NCBI GenBank assembly: GCA_050950825.1
Contig: JBMNIH010000008.1
Location: 32,001 to 96,000, forward strand
DNA: 64,000 nt
Origin: Clostridia bacterium
GTDB lineage: Bacteria; Bacillota; Clostridia; JAAYHZ01
Direction of reading: 5' to 3'
The translations under genes and the position numbers were made by a program. This document shows positions 27,741-38,080 of this stretch, piece after piece. The notes below the pieces were generated by a model, which worked only from the letters and a program-made list of their open reading frames with translations, did not search any database and was not told the DNA's origin. Numbering within the stretch: position 1 is the stretch's first letter; each line of letters begins with the position of its first letter.

Positions 27741-28739
27741 ATGAAACTGGCTATTGCAGGTTTGGATCATTTCCATATTCACGGTTTTTTGCAAGAAGCC
27801 TTGGCCATTCCGGAAACCCAATTGGTAGGACTGTACGACAGTGTCCCGGAAGTTTTAAAGCAAAACGTTGAACGGTATAAAGTAAAAGGATATGAAAATT
27901 TCGAAGAAATGCTGGAGAAATCCGGTGCCGATGTCATCGCAACCGCATGCATCAATAAAGAAAAAGCGGATATTATCTGCAAGTCCTTGGAAAGAGGGTT
28001 CCCCGTCATTGCCGACAAGCCCTTGGTAACCACTGTCGAAGAATTTTTCAGAGTGAAATACGTATATGAAAACACCAAGGACGCGAAATTGTATATGATG
28101 CTAACGGAACGCTTTAATCCCCCGGTTTACACCGCAAAGAAATACATCGACGAAGGCAAAATCGGGAAAGTCGTCAATATGATTTCCTTACGTCCCCATA
28201 AGCTGAACATTGAAACCAGACCTTCTTGGTTTTTTAACAAAGAGTTGTACGGCGGATTGATGAACGATTTGGGCGTTCACGACATGGACGTATTCCGCTG
28301 GTTCGCCGACAGCGACATCGTAAGGGTACAATCTTGCTTCCAAGGCAACAAAGGGTACCCCGAATTGACCGATTTTTCCGATCACTCCGAAGCTTCCCTT
28401 CTTTTGGCGGACAACAGCACCGCATACGTTCGCTTAGACTGGCTGACGCCGAAAGCATATCCTACCCACGGCGACTGCCGATTTATCGTGATCGGCACGG
28501 AAGGCCAACTGGAAGCCTTTACGTATGACAATAAACTGATATTCTTCAACAACGAAACGCCTCCCGTAGAAGTGCCTACGGAAAAAAGACCGTATACTTT
28601 CACGGAGGACGTGTATATGAACATCAAGGATCCTTCCCGCAAGACGGCGATTTCTCCCGATGACATATTCAAAGCCACATGGGCGGCCCTAAAAGCCCAG
28701 GAGGTTGCCGACGCGAATTTAGGAGGATTGCAGATTTAA
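27741..28739 (+). CDS. Gfo/Idh/MocA family oxidoreductase
   Basis: GLDHFH, IADKPL, YGGLMNDLGVHDMD, GTEG. Confidence 0.88.
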   Translation: MKLAIAGLDHFHIHGFLQEALAIPETQLVGLYDSVPEVLKQNVERYKVKGYENFEEMLEKSGADVIATACINKEKADIICKSLERGFPVIADKPLVTTVEEFFRVKYVYENTKDAKLYMMLTERFNPPVYTAKKYIDEGKIGKVVNMISLRPHKLNIETRPSWFFNKELYGGLMNDLGVHDMDVFRWFADSDIVRVQSCFQGNKGYPELTDFSDHSEASLLLADNSTAYVRLDWLTPKAYPTHGDCRFIVIGTEGQLEAFTYDNKLIFFNNETPPVEVPTEKRPYTFTEDVYMNIKDPSRKTAISPDDIFKATWAALKAQEVADANLGGLQI

Positions 28740-28756
28740 AAAACCGAAAACAAGAT

Positions 28757-28785
28757 AAAAAGCGGCCGAGCAGAGGCCGCTTTTT
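28757..28785. terminator. Bidirectional intrinsic terminator
   Basis: AAAAAGCGGCC-GAGCAGA-GGCCGCTTTTT between convergent genes. Confidence 0.85.
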
Positions 28786-29227
28786 ATATATACTTTATAA
28801 AATTCTTTTGATCTTTTTTATGCAGATAACCGTGCTTACGGTAAAATCGATGGGCATCCGTCCTGTCAATTCCGGATACCAAACGGATTCCGCGGAATCC
28901 GTTTTCTTTTGCCCGATTTTCGAGGTGTTGAATCAATAAGCTGCCGACCCCCTTACTCCTGTACCTTTCTTTTACGACGAAGCCCAAGATATTGATCAAA
29001 GAATCGGAATAAAGAAGCTCGTAGGGGCTCCCGTGAATATATCCGATTACTTCATTTTCCCGTTGGGCAACGAAAATGATATCTTTTGTGTTTTTTTGAA
29101 TATGTTCTATACGCACTTTTACTTTCTCCAAAGGATAATCATACCCCAACTCTTTATTTAACAAGCAGATGTCGTAATAATCCTCCGGCCTTATCTCCCT
29201 TATCATGACCGAGCTCATTTTAATCAT
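28784..29227 (-). CDS. GNAT family N-acetyltransferase
   Basis: ELGY, VV.E.YRSKGVGSLL, AHRFYRKHGY. Confidence 0.9.
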   Translation of the reverse strand: MIKMSSVMIREIRPEDYYDICLLNKELGYDYPLEKVKVRIEHIQKNTKDIIFVAQRENEVIGYIHGSPYELLYSDSLINILGFVVKERYRSKGVGSLLIQHLENRAKENGFRGIRLVSGIDRTDAHRFYRKHGYLHKKDQKNFIKYI

Positions 29228-29269
29228 GTCTCCTCTCAAAGGTCTTCTGCAAAAACCGTATTCATCCGC

Positions 29270-29719
29270 TTATCCGTTATCTTTTAAAAAACGGATCAGT
29301 TTTTCATGTCCGTCAAGGCCGGTTACCGAGAAAAAGGTCATTACGAAGGTGAAAAAGGATGCCGCCAAAGTCCAAATAAGAGAAAGTAAAAAAGGAGACG
29401 GTGCCGTCTTCACAAGAAAAATAACATATGCAGCCAAAAACATAGACAGAAGGGAAAAAGGATCCGTTAAACCGATGAAGGGCACTAAGAAAACCTGCGT
29501 CCGGCCTTCCGTGTCCTTCACAAAACCGATCGCTTTATTAAATACAGGATATCTTCCTCCGAAATCCCTTCCCGAATAATAGGTGACGGAAAAAAATCTT
29601 CCCATTATCCGGCCGATATATCTTTCTTGCCCCCAATTCCAACGGCTGTCAAAAGATCGTTTCAAATCATGCAAGTAATCACTTGCTTTTTGGTCGGAAA
29701 TCAATTTCAAAAAGATCAC
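29270..29719 (-). CDS. Hypothetical membrane protein
   Basis: 149-aa ORF with two hydrophobic helices. Start uncertain. Confidence 0.6.
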   Translation of the reverse strand: MIFLKLISDQKASDYLHDLKRSFDSRWNWGQERYIGRIMGRFFSVTYYSGRDFGGRYPVFNKAIGFVKDTEGRTQVFLVPFIGLTDPFSLLSMFLAAYVIFLVKTAPSPFLLSLIWTLAASFFTFVMTFFSVTGLDGHEKLIRFLKDNG

Positions 29720-29782
29720 CTCATCAAAATGATAAAGAAATCGGTCTTTTTTGTACGGGCTCTCGATACGGACTTGATATAC

Positions 29783-30994
29783 TTACGATACGACCGTATC
29801 CGCCGCCGCTTTATACAGCGCAACAATATTTTCCGGGGGGACCTCCGCTAACAGATTGTGAATGTTGCAAAAGACGAAACCGCTATCTTGAATCATGTAG
29901 CTTGCCACCTCTTTTGCCTGCGTATACACCTCTTCCGGTGTCCCCAAAGGGAGAACGTATTGGCTGTCTACCCCACCGCCCCATAAGCAGATTTTCCGGC
30001 GGGCACGGTCCTTCCATTCTTTATAGCTTCTTCCTCCCGCCGTCCACTGTACCGGATTCAAAATGTCAAACCCGGATTTGGCTACGATGTCGATCAAATC
30101 GTAAATGGCACCGCAGGAATGGAGAAGCAGCTTCACATGGGGAGCTATGGACTTTATATATTCAATAATTTGCTTGTAGTAAGTAAAAAACAACTCGTCG
30201 ATAAGATCCGGATGCATATACGTGGTGTTTTGCGTTCCCAAATCGTTGGACGAAAGCATCACGATATCCACGTAATCCTTGTAGTAATAGAAGGTTTCTC
30301 GGAACTGTTTTACGGCCAATTCCACATACAGCTTGTTCAGCTCGTGCATATATTCCGGCTCCAAAACGCACAGCATGGTTCCGTTGGCAAGTCCCCCTAC
30401 AAGACCGATGGGAACGGAATCCCCGTTTAAAAAGACCGCACGGTCCGTGGAGCTTCGCACCTTCTCTAAAAATTGACATTTCCTTTTTAATGCTTCCCTG
30501 TCGGGAGCGTATTCTTTGATCCGCCTTCGCAAAGCCGATAAATCGATTTTTTCAAGCTCTCCGGATAAATCGATGGGATTTCCTCCGTGTTCGCTGTCGA
30601 AAACAACGGAAGAAGGGGGCATTTTGCTAGCCCCCTGAAGGATGGTCCCGTCCGGTAAAATTTGAAATTGACTCGGGTCCCATACGGCGGCATACAATCT
30701 TTTATTAAAGTCAAAAGGCTGAAACATAAAGATGCAGTCGAAGGCATTGGTGTAAACCCCGTTGGTGGTGACTACATCCACTCCCAACATGTCCAAAAGA
30801 TCCTTTTCCGGCAGCGCCAGCATCTGACCCGTATCGTATACCAAGGATCGCATTTTTTTCAGACCTAAATATTCTCTTAATTTCGGATGAGCGAAAGCGC
30901 TGATGGAGGTAGAAGCCATTCCTCCCAAATCAACGGGAACGCGGTCGACAGGTTTAAACTCAATGGAGTTGAGTACTCTTTCCCTGCTGTTCAT
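29783..30994 (-). CDS. URO-D/MtaA-like family protein
   Basis: MNSRERVL...PVDRVPVDLG, NDLGTQ, LHSCGAI, LNPVQ, WGGGVDSQ..LP.GT, IHN. Confidence 0.87.
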   Translation of the reverse strand: MNSRERVLNSIEFKPVDRVPVDLGGMASTSISAFAHPKLREYLGLKKMRSLVYDTGQMLALPEKDLLDMLGVDVVTTNGVYTNAFDCIFMFQPFDFNKRLYAAVWDPSQFQILPDGTILQGASKMPPSSVVFDSEHGGNPIDLSGELEKIDLSALRRRIKEYAPDREALKRKCQFLEKVRSSTDRAVFLNGDSVPIGLVGGLANGTMLCVLEPEYMHELNKLYVELAVKQFRETFYYYKDYVDIVMLSSNDLGTQNTTYMHPDLIDELFFTYYKQIIEYIKSIAPHVKLLLHSCGAIYDLIDIVAKSGFDILNPVQWTAGGRSYKEWKDRARRKICLWGGGVDSQYVLPLGTPEEVYTQAKEVASYMIQDSGFVFCNIHNLLAEVPPENIVALYKAAADTVVS

Positions 30995-31023
30995 ATCTCC
31001 CTCCAAAATAGGCGTTTTTTAAT

Positions 31024-32013
31024 TTAAAAATCGACTTCCGTATTCTTCTCAAAGGATTCGTAAGCTTTGTCCATCATTTCCGTCAATTCCACCGCTTCTT
31101 TTATACCGAACTCTACCGGTTCGTTGTACTCGATGGCGTCCAGCCACTGGTCGATGGCGCTTTTTCCGGGCTTTGGCATGGAACCTACTTTAAACCAACC
31201 GGATTTTTTAGGCTCCGTTCCTGCCAAATATCCGCTTTGAAGTACTCCTTGGTCTTTTCCGTCTATAAACAAGGTTCCCTTCGTACCGTAGATTTCCATG
31301 GAAAAAGGCGATGCCGGCGTAACAAAACCGGTTTCGGCAATGGCTACCGCTCCGTTTTTGTATTTGAATACGGATACGGCGTTGTCTTCCACTTCGTGAC
31401 CGGTTACAAAGGTGAATGCGGAATATACCTTTTCCGGTTTTCCCATGAGCCATCTTATCAAGTACATGGGGTGGGCTCCTAAGTCAATCATAGCCCCTCC
31501 GCCGCATTGCTCCTTGGAATAAAAGTGGGGCGGAAGCCAATTGTCCGACGCACCGCTGTGGGCGTTTCTTACACGGAAGAGGCTGATTTCCCCTAAAACG
31601 CCGGAGTCGATGATTTCTTTGACGTAGATGTTCTTGGGAAATGTTCGATGGGGCAGCGAGATAACAAACTTGATCCCGGAATTTTCGATTTCCTTTTGAA
31701 TTTCCAAAGCGTCAACCGTTTTGGCCGTTAAAACCTTCTCGGTGAATACATGCTTCTTCGCTCTTGCCGCTTTGATGATAATCTCTTTGTGCATATTGGT
31801 AGGCGCATTGACCACCACACCGTCGATGTCGGTGTTTAAAAGCTCATCCAAGTCCTCATAAAACTCGGTATCAAGCTCCTTTGCCCACGCGATGCCTCTT
31901 TCCTTTACTTCGTCCCATACGCCTTTAATCAGGACGCGTCCCGTAGCCAAAAGCTCGCGGGCATAACCCTTTGCATGTACATGCCATCCCGACAACATTG
32001 CAACTTTGATCAT
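31024..32013 (-). CDS. Gfo/Idh/MocA family oxidoreductase
   Basis: SGWHVHA, HVFTEKVL, GGGAMIDLGAHP, GTKG. Confidence 0.9.
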   Translation of the reverse strand: MIKVAMLSGWHVHAKGYARELLATGRVLIKGVWDEVKERGIAWAKELDTEFYEDLDELLNTDIDGVVVNAPTNMHKEIIIKAARAKKHVFTEKVLTAKTVDALEIQKEIENSGIKFVISLPHRTFPKNIYVKEIIDSGVLGEISLFRVRNAHSGASDNWLPPHFYSKEQCGGGAMIDLGAHPMYLIRWLMGKPEKVYSAFTFVTGHEVEDNAVSVFKYKNGAVAIAETGFVTPASPFSMEIYGTKGTLFIDGKDQGVLQSGYLAGTEPKKSGWFKVGSMPKPGKSAIDQWLDAIEYNEPVEFGIKEAVELTEMMDKAYESFEKNTEVDF

Positions 32014-32017
32014 ACCT

Positions 32018-33865
32018 TTAACCCTCCTGTTTCTTTTCCTTTAATATGCAGGTATAACGAGCGTTAAATGTCGTTTTTTCTTTCATTCTTCTTACGCATA
32101 ATCCGTAGCGGGTATGTTCTTTGTCCGTTACGTAACTGTTGACAATAAACACCTCGGTGCCTTCTTCGCCTTCCATAGCCACAAGGATTCTTTTGTCTTC
32201 CGTTTCAAATTCCACTTGCCAATCCTTATCGGTCTTAAAGGATCGTATGTCAAAAAGGTATTGGTACCCGTCCTTCTCCCCGAGTTTTTCCACGGGCTCG
32301 GTTTCGTAAGGGCATTTGATTTCTCCCTCGCAGTAAAAGAACCAATCCATGAGATATTCTCCCCAAGCTTTCACTTCAAAGGAATCCTCGATTGCATCTT
32401 CTTGTACCTTGAAGGACCGGGTATAATCGGCGGCGGCATAAACCGCCTTTGCCTTTACTTTGATATAAGGTACGGACGGATCGTATTCCAAAACGTCTCC
32501 TTCCGGCAATCTTTGCTGGTTCTCCTTGTTAATAATAACCGTATTGTGAGCAACGGATTTTCGCTGCCATTCCGCAAACAACTCCGATGCATAGCCCCCG
32601 TTTCCGATGTCATAGGATACCGTATCGCCGTGGAAAGTAATCTCCATGTTCATGACCGCAGGATGGCGGTGAAGTCCGGTCAAGGCACCGTAAGTCAAAA
32701 AGACTTCCGTAGACCCGTTCCTTAACATGGCTGTATAGGATTCGGGGCAATTGATCGTTTGGAATAAGGTTCTTTTCGTAGGCTTCGGCCATCGGTTGAA
32801 CAAAAGCCTAGGAAAACCGCCTTCGGAAGATGCATCTTCATAAAAGGTTCCGCATATTTCTCGGAACAAGGGGTTTTCGAAAATAGCCGTTGCGTATTCG
32901 TAATGAAGCTTGTAATCTTGAATGCGGATAACCGGGTGTGCGTCGTTGGGATTCGGAAGCCTTCCGCCGCTAAATACCATTTTCAAAGGATACTCCAACA
33001 TCTTTTCCGTCTTCGAGAAAAGAAAATCCTTTTCTTCAAAATCATATTGCCTTTGCTTTATCATATAGAGCAGGTAGCACAAAGGCTGCAAGGCATAGAA
33101 ATGGTAGTGCATGGAGGCTTCATACCACAACCCCTCCTTCGTTACCCCTCTTTTCAGCTGGTCCAATACGCCGAATCGCGAATACAGCCCTTTACGAATC
33201 TGTTCCTCCTCTTGGAAAAAGAGACCGATCATGGTTTGGGCGCATTTGATCCACAAAGGGATGTTGTAAATGCGGTTGGCGAAAAAGTCGAACAATTCCG
33301 CTTCGTGGAAGAAAATATCCTTGTAATAACGGTCTTTCTCCTCCTTCGAAAAGGAATCGTAAATCATATCCAATCCCAAAAGGATGGTCATGACACTGAC
33401 CGCATCGTCCAAATGCTGATTTAAAAGCTTCCCTTCAAAGATTTTTGCCGGAGGCTCGCTCTTAAAATCGGCATAATTGTCCGCATAAAAATTCAATACC
33501 TTCTTCACATACCCTAAATATTTTCCGTCTTCCGTCAGCCGATACAAAACGGCTGCGTTGTACACCGTTTGGTTGGCTTTGATTCGGTACAAATTGTTCC
33601 ATATCTTTGTCAATGCTTCCCCACGGTTTACCGTACCGCATACGGAGCAAACATGCTCCGTATCGTTTTTCCAATCAAAAACAAGCCGACCTTGGCATTT
33701 TTCACAGTTGTAGCCGTGAAACCAGCCGGTTATTCGGTCCGCTCGATCTTTATAGGATTGAATAAATTCGTCGGTTTCTTTCTTGGTTTCGTCAAACAAA
33801 GCCTTTGCCCAAGCTTCATTATCAATCCTCTCGCGGACCCGGTCCCACCGGATAAATGAATTCAT
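32018..33865 (-). CDS. Heparinase II/III-domain (oligo-alginate lyase-like) protein, no signal peptide
   Basis: GLWYEASMHYHFY, LPNPNDA, H.HP, YDIG..GY, AHNTV.IN. CxxC...CxxC Zn-like insert near the N-terminus. Confidence 0.78.
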   Translation of the reverse strand: MNSFIRWDRVRERIDNEAWAKALFDETKKETDEFIQSYKDRADRITGWFHGYNCEKCQGRLVFDWKNDTEHVCSVCGTVNRGEALTKIWNNLYRIKANQTVYNAAVLYRLTEDGKYLGYVKKVLNFYADNYADFKSEPPAKIFEGKLLNQHLDDAVSVMTILLGLDMIYDSFSKEEKDRYYKDIFFHEAELFDFFANRIYNIPLWIKCAQTMIGLFFQEEEQIRKGLYSRFGVLDQLKRGVTKEGLWYEASMHYHFYALQPLCYLLYMIKQRQYDFEEKDFLFSKTEKMLEYPLKMVFSGGRLPNPNDAHPVIRIQDYKLHYEYATAIFENPLFREICGTFYEDASSEGGFPRLLFNRWPKPTKRTLFQTINCPESYTAMLRNGSTEVFLTYGALTGLHRHPAVMNMEITFHGDTVSYDIGNGGYASELFAEWQRKSVAHNTVIINKENQQRLPEGDVLEYDPSVPYIKVKAKAVYAAADYTRSFKVQEDAIEDSFEVKAWGEYLMDWFFYCEGEIKCPYETEPVEKLGEKDGYQYLFDIRSFKTDKDWQVEFETEDKRILVAMEGEEGTEVFIVNSYVTDKEHTRYGLCVRRMKEKTTFNARYTCILKEKKQEG

Positions 33866-33977
33866 ATTCGATCTCCACAGTTGTAATAGATTTATCTGAA
33901 CTTATTGTACCGGGTTTCCACAAAGGGGACAAGAAATGATAAAATAGAAGAAAAATAAAAAAAGGAAGGTTATCGCT

Positions 33978-34793
33978 ATGAATATCATCATGGTTACCGA
34001 TATGGAAGGTGTTGCCGGAATCGTGGATTTTCCCAATTGGTGTACCCCCGGCGGAATGTATTATGATAAAGGGAAACGGCTGTTAACGGAAGAAGTCAAT
34101 GCGGCCGTACGGGGATTTATGGACGCGGGAGCCCAAAACATCTATGTTTTGGACGGACACGGTCCCGGAGGAATCGATATCGAGGTTTTGGATCCGAGAG
34201 CCTATTACATACGGGGAAGCGTTTATTATTCCTTGCAGTTCATGCAAAAGGATTGGAAAATCGACGTTTTTTGCCACGTAGGCCAGCATGCCAAGTCTCG
34301 AACCGAATATTCGCACCTGGCTCATACCCAAGGAACCTCGTATTTCGAAGAAACCGTTAACGGAGTTCCCATCGGCGAATTCGGAGAATTTGCTTTTTAT
34401 TGCGCCAAGCTGGGTATCCCCCCTATTTTCGGCTCCGGCGAGGAAGCCTTTTGCAAAGAAGCGCTGGAACTGGCTCCCCATATGGAAACCGTCGCCGTGA
34501 AAAAAGGACTGACACCTGGACGCGGAGACGAATGCACCGCATCGGAATATGCCGCCCGCAACGTGACCGCCCTTCATGTGCAGCCTCAAAAGGCTCGGGA
34601 AATGATTTACGAAGGAGCCAAAAAAGCGGCTACCCGCTACTTGGAAGATCCTACGCAATTTACGCTTCCTTTTTCCGATTTGAAACCGCCCTTTGTTAAA
34701 ACGGTGAAATACCGAAAGGATCAGCAAAGAGAAGATTTGATCAAAGTGGCAAATAGCGTAGAAGAAATCTATACCAAACGATTCATCTATTAA
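33978..34793 (+). CDS. M55 family D-aminopeptidase (DppA-like)
   Basis: TDMEGVAG, EVNAAV.G...AGA, DGHG, GQHA, LAHT, IGE, VAVKKG. Confidence 0.88.
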   Translation: MNIIMVTDMEGVAGIVDFPNWCTPGGMYYDKGKRLLTEEVNAAVRGFMDAGAQNIYVLDGHGPGGIDIEVLDPRAYYIRGSVYYSLQFMQKDWKIDVFCHVGQHAKSRTEYSHLAHTQGTSYFEETVNGVPIGEFGEFAFYCAKLGIPPIFGSGEEAFCKEALELAPHMETVAVKKGLTPGRGDECTASEYAARNVTALHVQPQKAREMIYEGAKKAATRYLEDPTQFTLPFSDLKPPFVKTVKYRKDQQREDLIKVANSVEEIYTKRFIY

Positions 34794-34803
34794 AGTTAAG
34801 GTA

Positions 34804-35766
34804 TTACGGAAGGGGCTTTTGATAGAAACATCCCTGATAAAGCCCCTTTTGATTCATGTATTCGATTATTCTGTCGTGAACCTTCCACCAGCCGGTGGAA
34901 TCGTTGCAATACAAGGTTCTCTCCTTCGGCGCGCGGCTAATGAGTCGCTGGACTACGATGTTAGGGTCCAACCGGGACAAAAAGACCGCCGTTCGATGAA
35001 TAAAATCCTCCAAAGGCAGCACTTGAAAGCGCCCTTGTTTATACATATCTCCTAAAACGGTCCCCTCCAAGATATATAAAGAGTGGCATTTAACTTGGTC
35101 TATGCCGGCTTCGGATAGTCTTTCGGCACAATAGGCTACATCCTCAACGGTATCCATGGGCAGATCTTGGATCACATGAGCACAGACCTCCAAGCCGTAG
35201 GATTTTACGACTTTGACGGCATCAAAAAAATCTTCGACGGTATGGCCGCGATTCAAAAATTGCAATGTTTCGTTTTTAATGCTTTGAAGGCCGATCTCCA
35301 ACACGATATCGATTCCGTTTTTTTCTTTCATTTCCTTTAAGAATTCCATATGCTTCGGATATATGCAATCCGGACGGGTGGAAATGTACAGGGCGACCGT
35401 ATTCGGAACAACGGCTTGTCTCATGTAGTCGCAAAAAACGGAATAAGGAAAATAGGTATTGGAATAGTTTTGAAAGTAGATAATATACTTTTTTGCGTTA
35501 TACTTTTTTCCGATGTATTCTTTATTCTTTTCGATCTGTTCTTTTACGGACAAAGAAGAGGGCAAAAGCTCAAAGTCCGCCCCTTCTTCTCCGCAAAAAA
35601 TGCAGCCTCCGGTTCCCGCCGTACCGTCTCGGTTCGGGCAGCCGGAAGGCAAATTGACAGGTAATTTGTAGGTTTTCTCTCCGTATTTTCGTTTCAGATA
35701 GGAAGAAAAACTGTTATACGGAAGCGATTTTTCTTGTGTCAACGCGATTCTCCTCGATTTAAGCAT
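34804..35766 (-). CDS. TIGR01212 (YhcC/YtqA) radical SAM protein
   Basis: CPNRDG..G.GGCIFC, YFQ..SNTY, STRPDC, EIGLQS, RGH. True start may be TTG at 35742. Confidence 0.9.
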   Translation of the reverse strand: MLKSRRIALTQEKSLPYNSFSSYLKRKYGEKTYKLPVNLPSGCPNRDGTAGTGGCIFCGEEGADFELLPSSLSVKEQIEKNKEYIGKKYNAKKYIIYFQNYSNTYFPYSVFCDYMRQAVVPNTVALYISTRPDCIYPKHMEFLKEMKEKNGIDIVLEIGLQSIKNETLQFLNRGHTVEDFFDAVKVVKSYGLEVCAHVIQDLPMDTVEDVAYCAERLSEAGIDQVKCHSLYILEGTVLGDMYKQGRFQVLPLEDFIHRTAVFLSRLDPNIVVQRLISRAPKERTLYCNDSTGWWKVHDRIIEYMNQKGLYQGCFYQKPLP

Positions 35767-36872
35767 TCAATTGTGCATTTTCAAACAAATAGGAGTTGAT
35801 GAATCCGTCCAGCTCTCCGTCCATCACCGCTTCCACGTCCCCCATTTCATATCCGGTTCGGTGGTCCTTTACCAAGGTGTAAGGACAGAAGACATAGGAT
35901 CGTATCTGGCTTCCCCAAGTGATTTCCAACTGTTCGCCTTTTAAGTCTTCTATCCGTTCTTTGTTCTCTTGCTTTTTCAATGCAATCAATTTGGACATCA
36001 GCATTTTCATGGCGGTATCCTTATTCTGGTGCTGGGAACGCTCCGATTGGCAAGCCACCACGATACCCGTAGGCAAGTGGGTAATTCGTACGGCGGAGGA
36101 GGTTTTATTGACGTGCTGTCCTCCCGCTCCGCTTGAGCGGTAGGTGTCTACCCTTAAATCTTCCGGACGAATATCGATGTGGACGTCTTCCGTAATCTCC
36201 GGCATGACGTCCAAGGAAGCAAAAGAGGTATGCCTTCTGCCGGATGCATCGAAGGGCGAAATGCGGACCAAACGATGGACGCCCTTTTCCGCTTTTAAAT
36301 ACCCGTAAGCGTACTCGCCTTCCACGAAAAAGGTCACTTTCTTGATACCCGCCACTTCTCCGGGAAGCAAATCCACGATTTTAACGTTGTATCCCTTTGC
36401 TTCGCACCATCTTGTGTACATACGAAGGAGCATTTCGCACCAATCCATGGCTTCCGTTCCTCCCGATCCGGCATGGAGAGTCAAAATGGCGTTGTTGGTG
36501 TCGTATTCGCCGTTTAACAGGATTTCCAGCTTAAAAGATTCCACGGTTTTACGCAGGCGCTCGATGCCTTCTTTAATTTCTCCGATAATCGTTGCGTCAT
36601 TTTCTTCTTCGCCTAAGGCGTTTAAAACCTCCAGGTCTTCCGCTTGGCTTTTTAATTTCTCGTACCGGTCCAATTTCGACTGCAGCTTCTTTATACTCTG
36701 CATAATCTCCTTGGATCTTTCGAAGTCATCGTAAAACGTAGGCTCCGTGGTCCGATGATTCAGCTCCTCCAGCTCTTTTGTTATTGCCGGCAAGTCAAAG
36801 TGAATCACCGATTTCTTCAATCTGTTGAGCCAGCTCTTCTATTTCCAACTTGAATTGTTCAAATTCTAACAA
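35759..36872 (-). CDS. prfB: Peptide chain release factor 2 with programmed +1 frameshift
   Basis: SPF and GGQ motifs. TTG start at 36872 gives 25 codons ending CTT TGA C (36800-36794), and the +1 frame continues DLPAITKE. Confidence 0.95.
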
Positions 36873-36922
36873 CTGTTCTTCATCCCTTTCATTTATAGAT
36901 TTTTAAAGTTCCGTATCTTTCG

Positions 36923-38080
36923 CTACTTTATGTTCCGTCTTCTTAAGAATCTGTCGATTCGGTCCAACGCTTCCAAAATGTTATCAATGGAGCTTGCGTA
37001 GGTCGCTCGAGCATACCCTTCCCCGCTTTTTCCGAACGCGTTTCCGGGTACCATCAATACGTGTTCTTCTTTTAGCAAGCTTTCGCAAAACTCATCGGAG
37101 GTCATCCCCGTACGCTTGATGCTCGGGAATGCATAAAAAGCCCCTTCCGGTTCAAAGCAATCCAGTCCGATTTCGTTAAACCCGTTCACAATAATTCTTC
37201 TTCTTTGGTTGTATTTTTCCACCATGTACCTTACATCATCCGCACCGTTTCGTAAAGCATCCATAGCGGCATATTGTGCGATGGAAGGAGCGCACATGAT
37301 GGCATACTGGTGTATTTTGTTCATGGCATGAATCAGCTCCTTGCAGCCGCATGCATAACCTAAACGCCACCCGGTCATGGCAAAGGCTTTGGAAAAGCCG
37401 TTGATGACAAGGGTTTTTTCCTTGAGGCAGTCAAAGGAGGCAATGGAAACGTGGCCTCCGTTGTATGTCAGCTCCGAATAGATTTCGTCGGAGATGATAA
37501 CCAAGTCCTTATCCTTCAAAAAATCGGCTATTTCCGCCATGTCTTCCTTTTTCATTATGCTTCCCGTAGGATTGTTGGGAAAAGGGAATATGATAACGCG
37601 GGTTCTTTCGGTAATCGCCTTTTCCAACGCTTCCTTAGTCAGCTTAAACCGGTTGTTCTTATCCAAATCCACCGTAACCACGGTCGCCCCCGTGAAGGTA
37701 GCGCACCCTTTGTAGGCTACGAAGGATGGCTCCGGAATAATGACCTCATCCCCGGGTCCTAACAAACAGCGCAGCGCCAAATCGATGGCCTCGCTGGCTC
37801 CTACGGTCACCAAAATTTCATCTTTAGGACAATAGGAAAGACCGTACCGGTTCTTCATGTATTTCGCGATTTCTTCTCTTAATGAGATAAACCCCATGTT
37901 GGAGGAGTAATGGGTATGGCCGCGGTCCATAGCCGTATGGGCTGCCTGCATGATGCTAAAGGGTGTAACAAAGTCCGGTTCTCCGATACCTAAGGAGATT
38001 ACATCCTCCATCTCGTTTAACAGATCGAAGTATTTACGGATACCGGATGCCGGAACGGATGCGATGTTGCTTTTGATCAT
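36923..38080 (-). CDS. Class I/II PLP-dependent aminotransferase (YugH/AlaT-like)
   Basis: SLGIGEPDF, PNNPTG, SDEIY, GFSKAFAMTGWRLG. Confidence 0.92.
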   Translation of the reverse strand: MIKSNIASVPASGIRKYFDLLNEMEDVISLGIGEPDFVTPFSIMQAAHTAMDRGHTHYSSNMGFISLREEIAKYMKNRYGLSYCPKDEILVTVGASEAIDLALRCLLGPGDEVIIPEPSFVAYKGCATFTGATVVTVDLDKNNRFKLTKEALEKAITERTRVIIFPFPNNPTGSIMKKEDMAEIADFLKDKDLVIISDEIYSELTYNGGHVSIASFDCLKEKTLVINGFSKAFAMTGWRLGYACGCKELIHAMNKIHQYAIMCAPSIAQYAAMDALRNGADDVRYMVEKYNQRRRIIVNGFNEIGLDCFEPEGAFYAFPSIKRTGMTSDEFCESLLKEEHVLMVPGNAFGKSGEGYARATYASSIDNILEALDRIDRFLRRRNIK

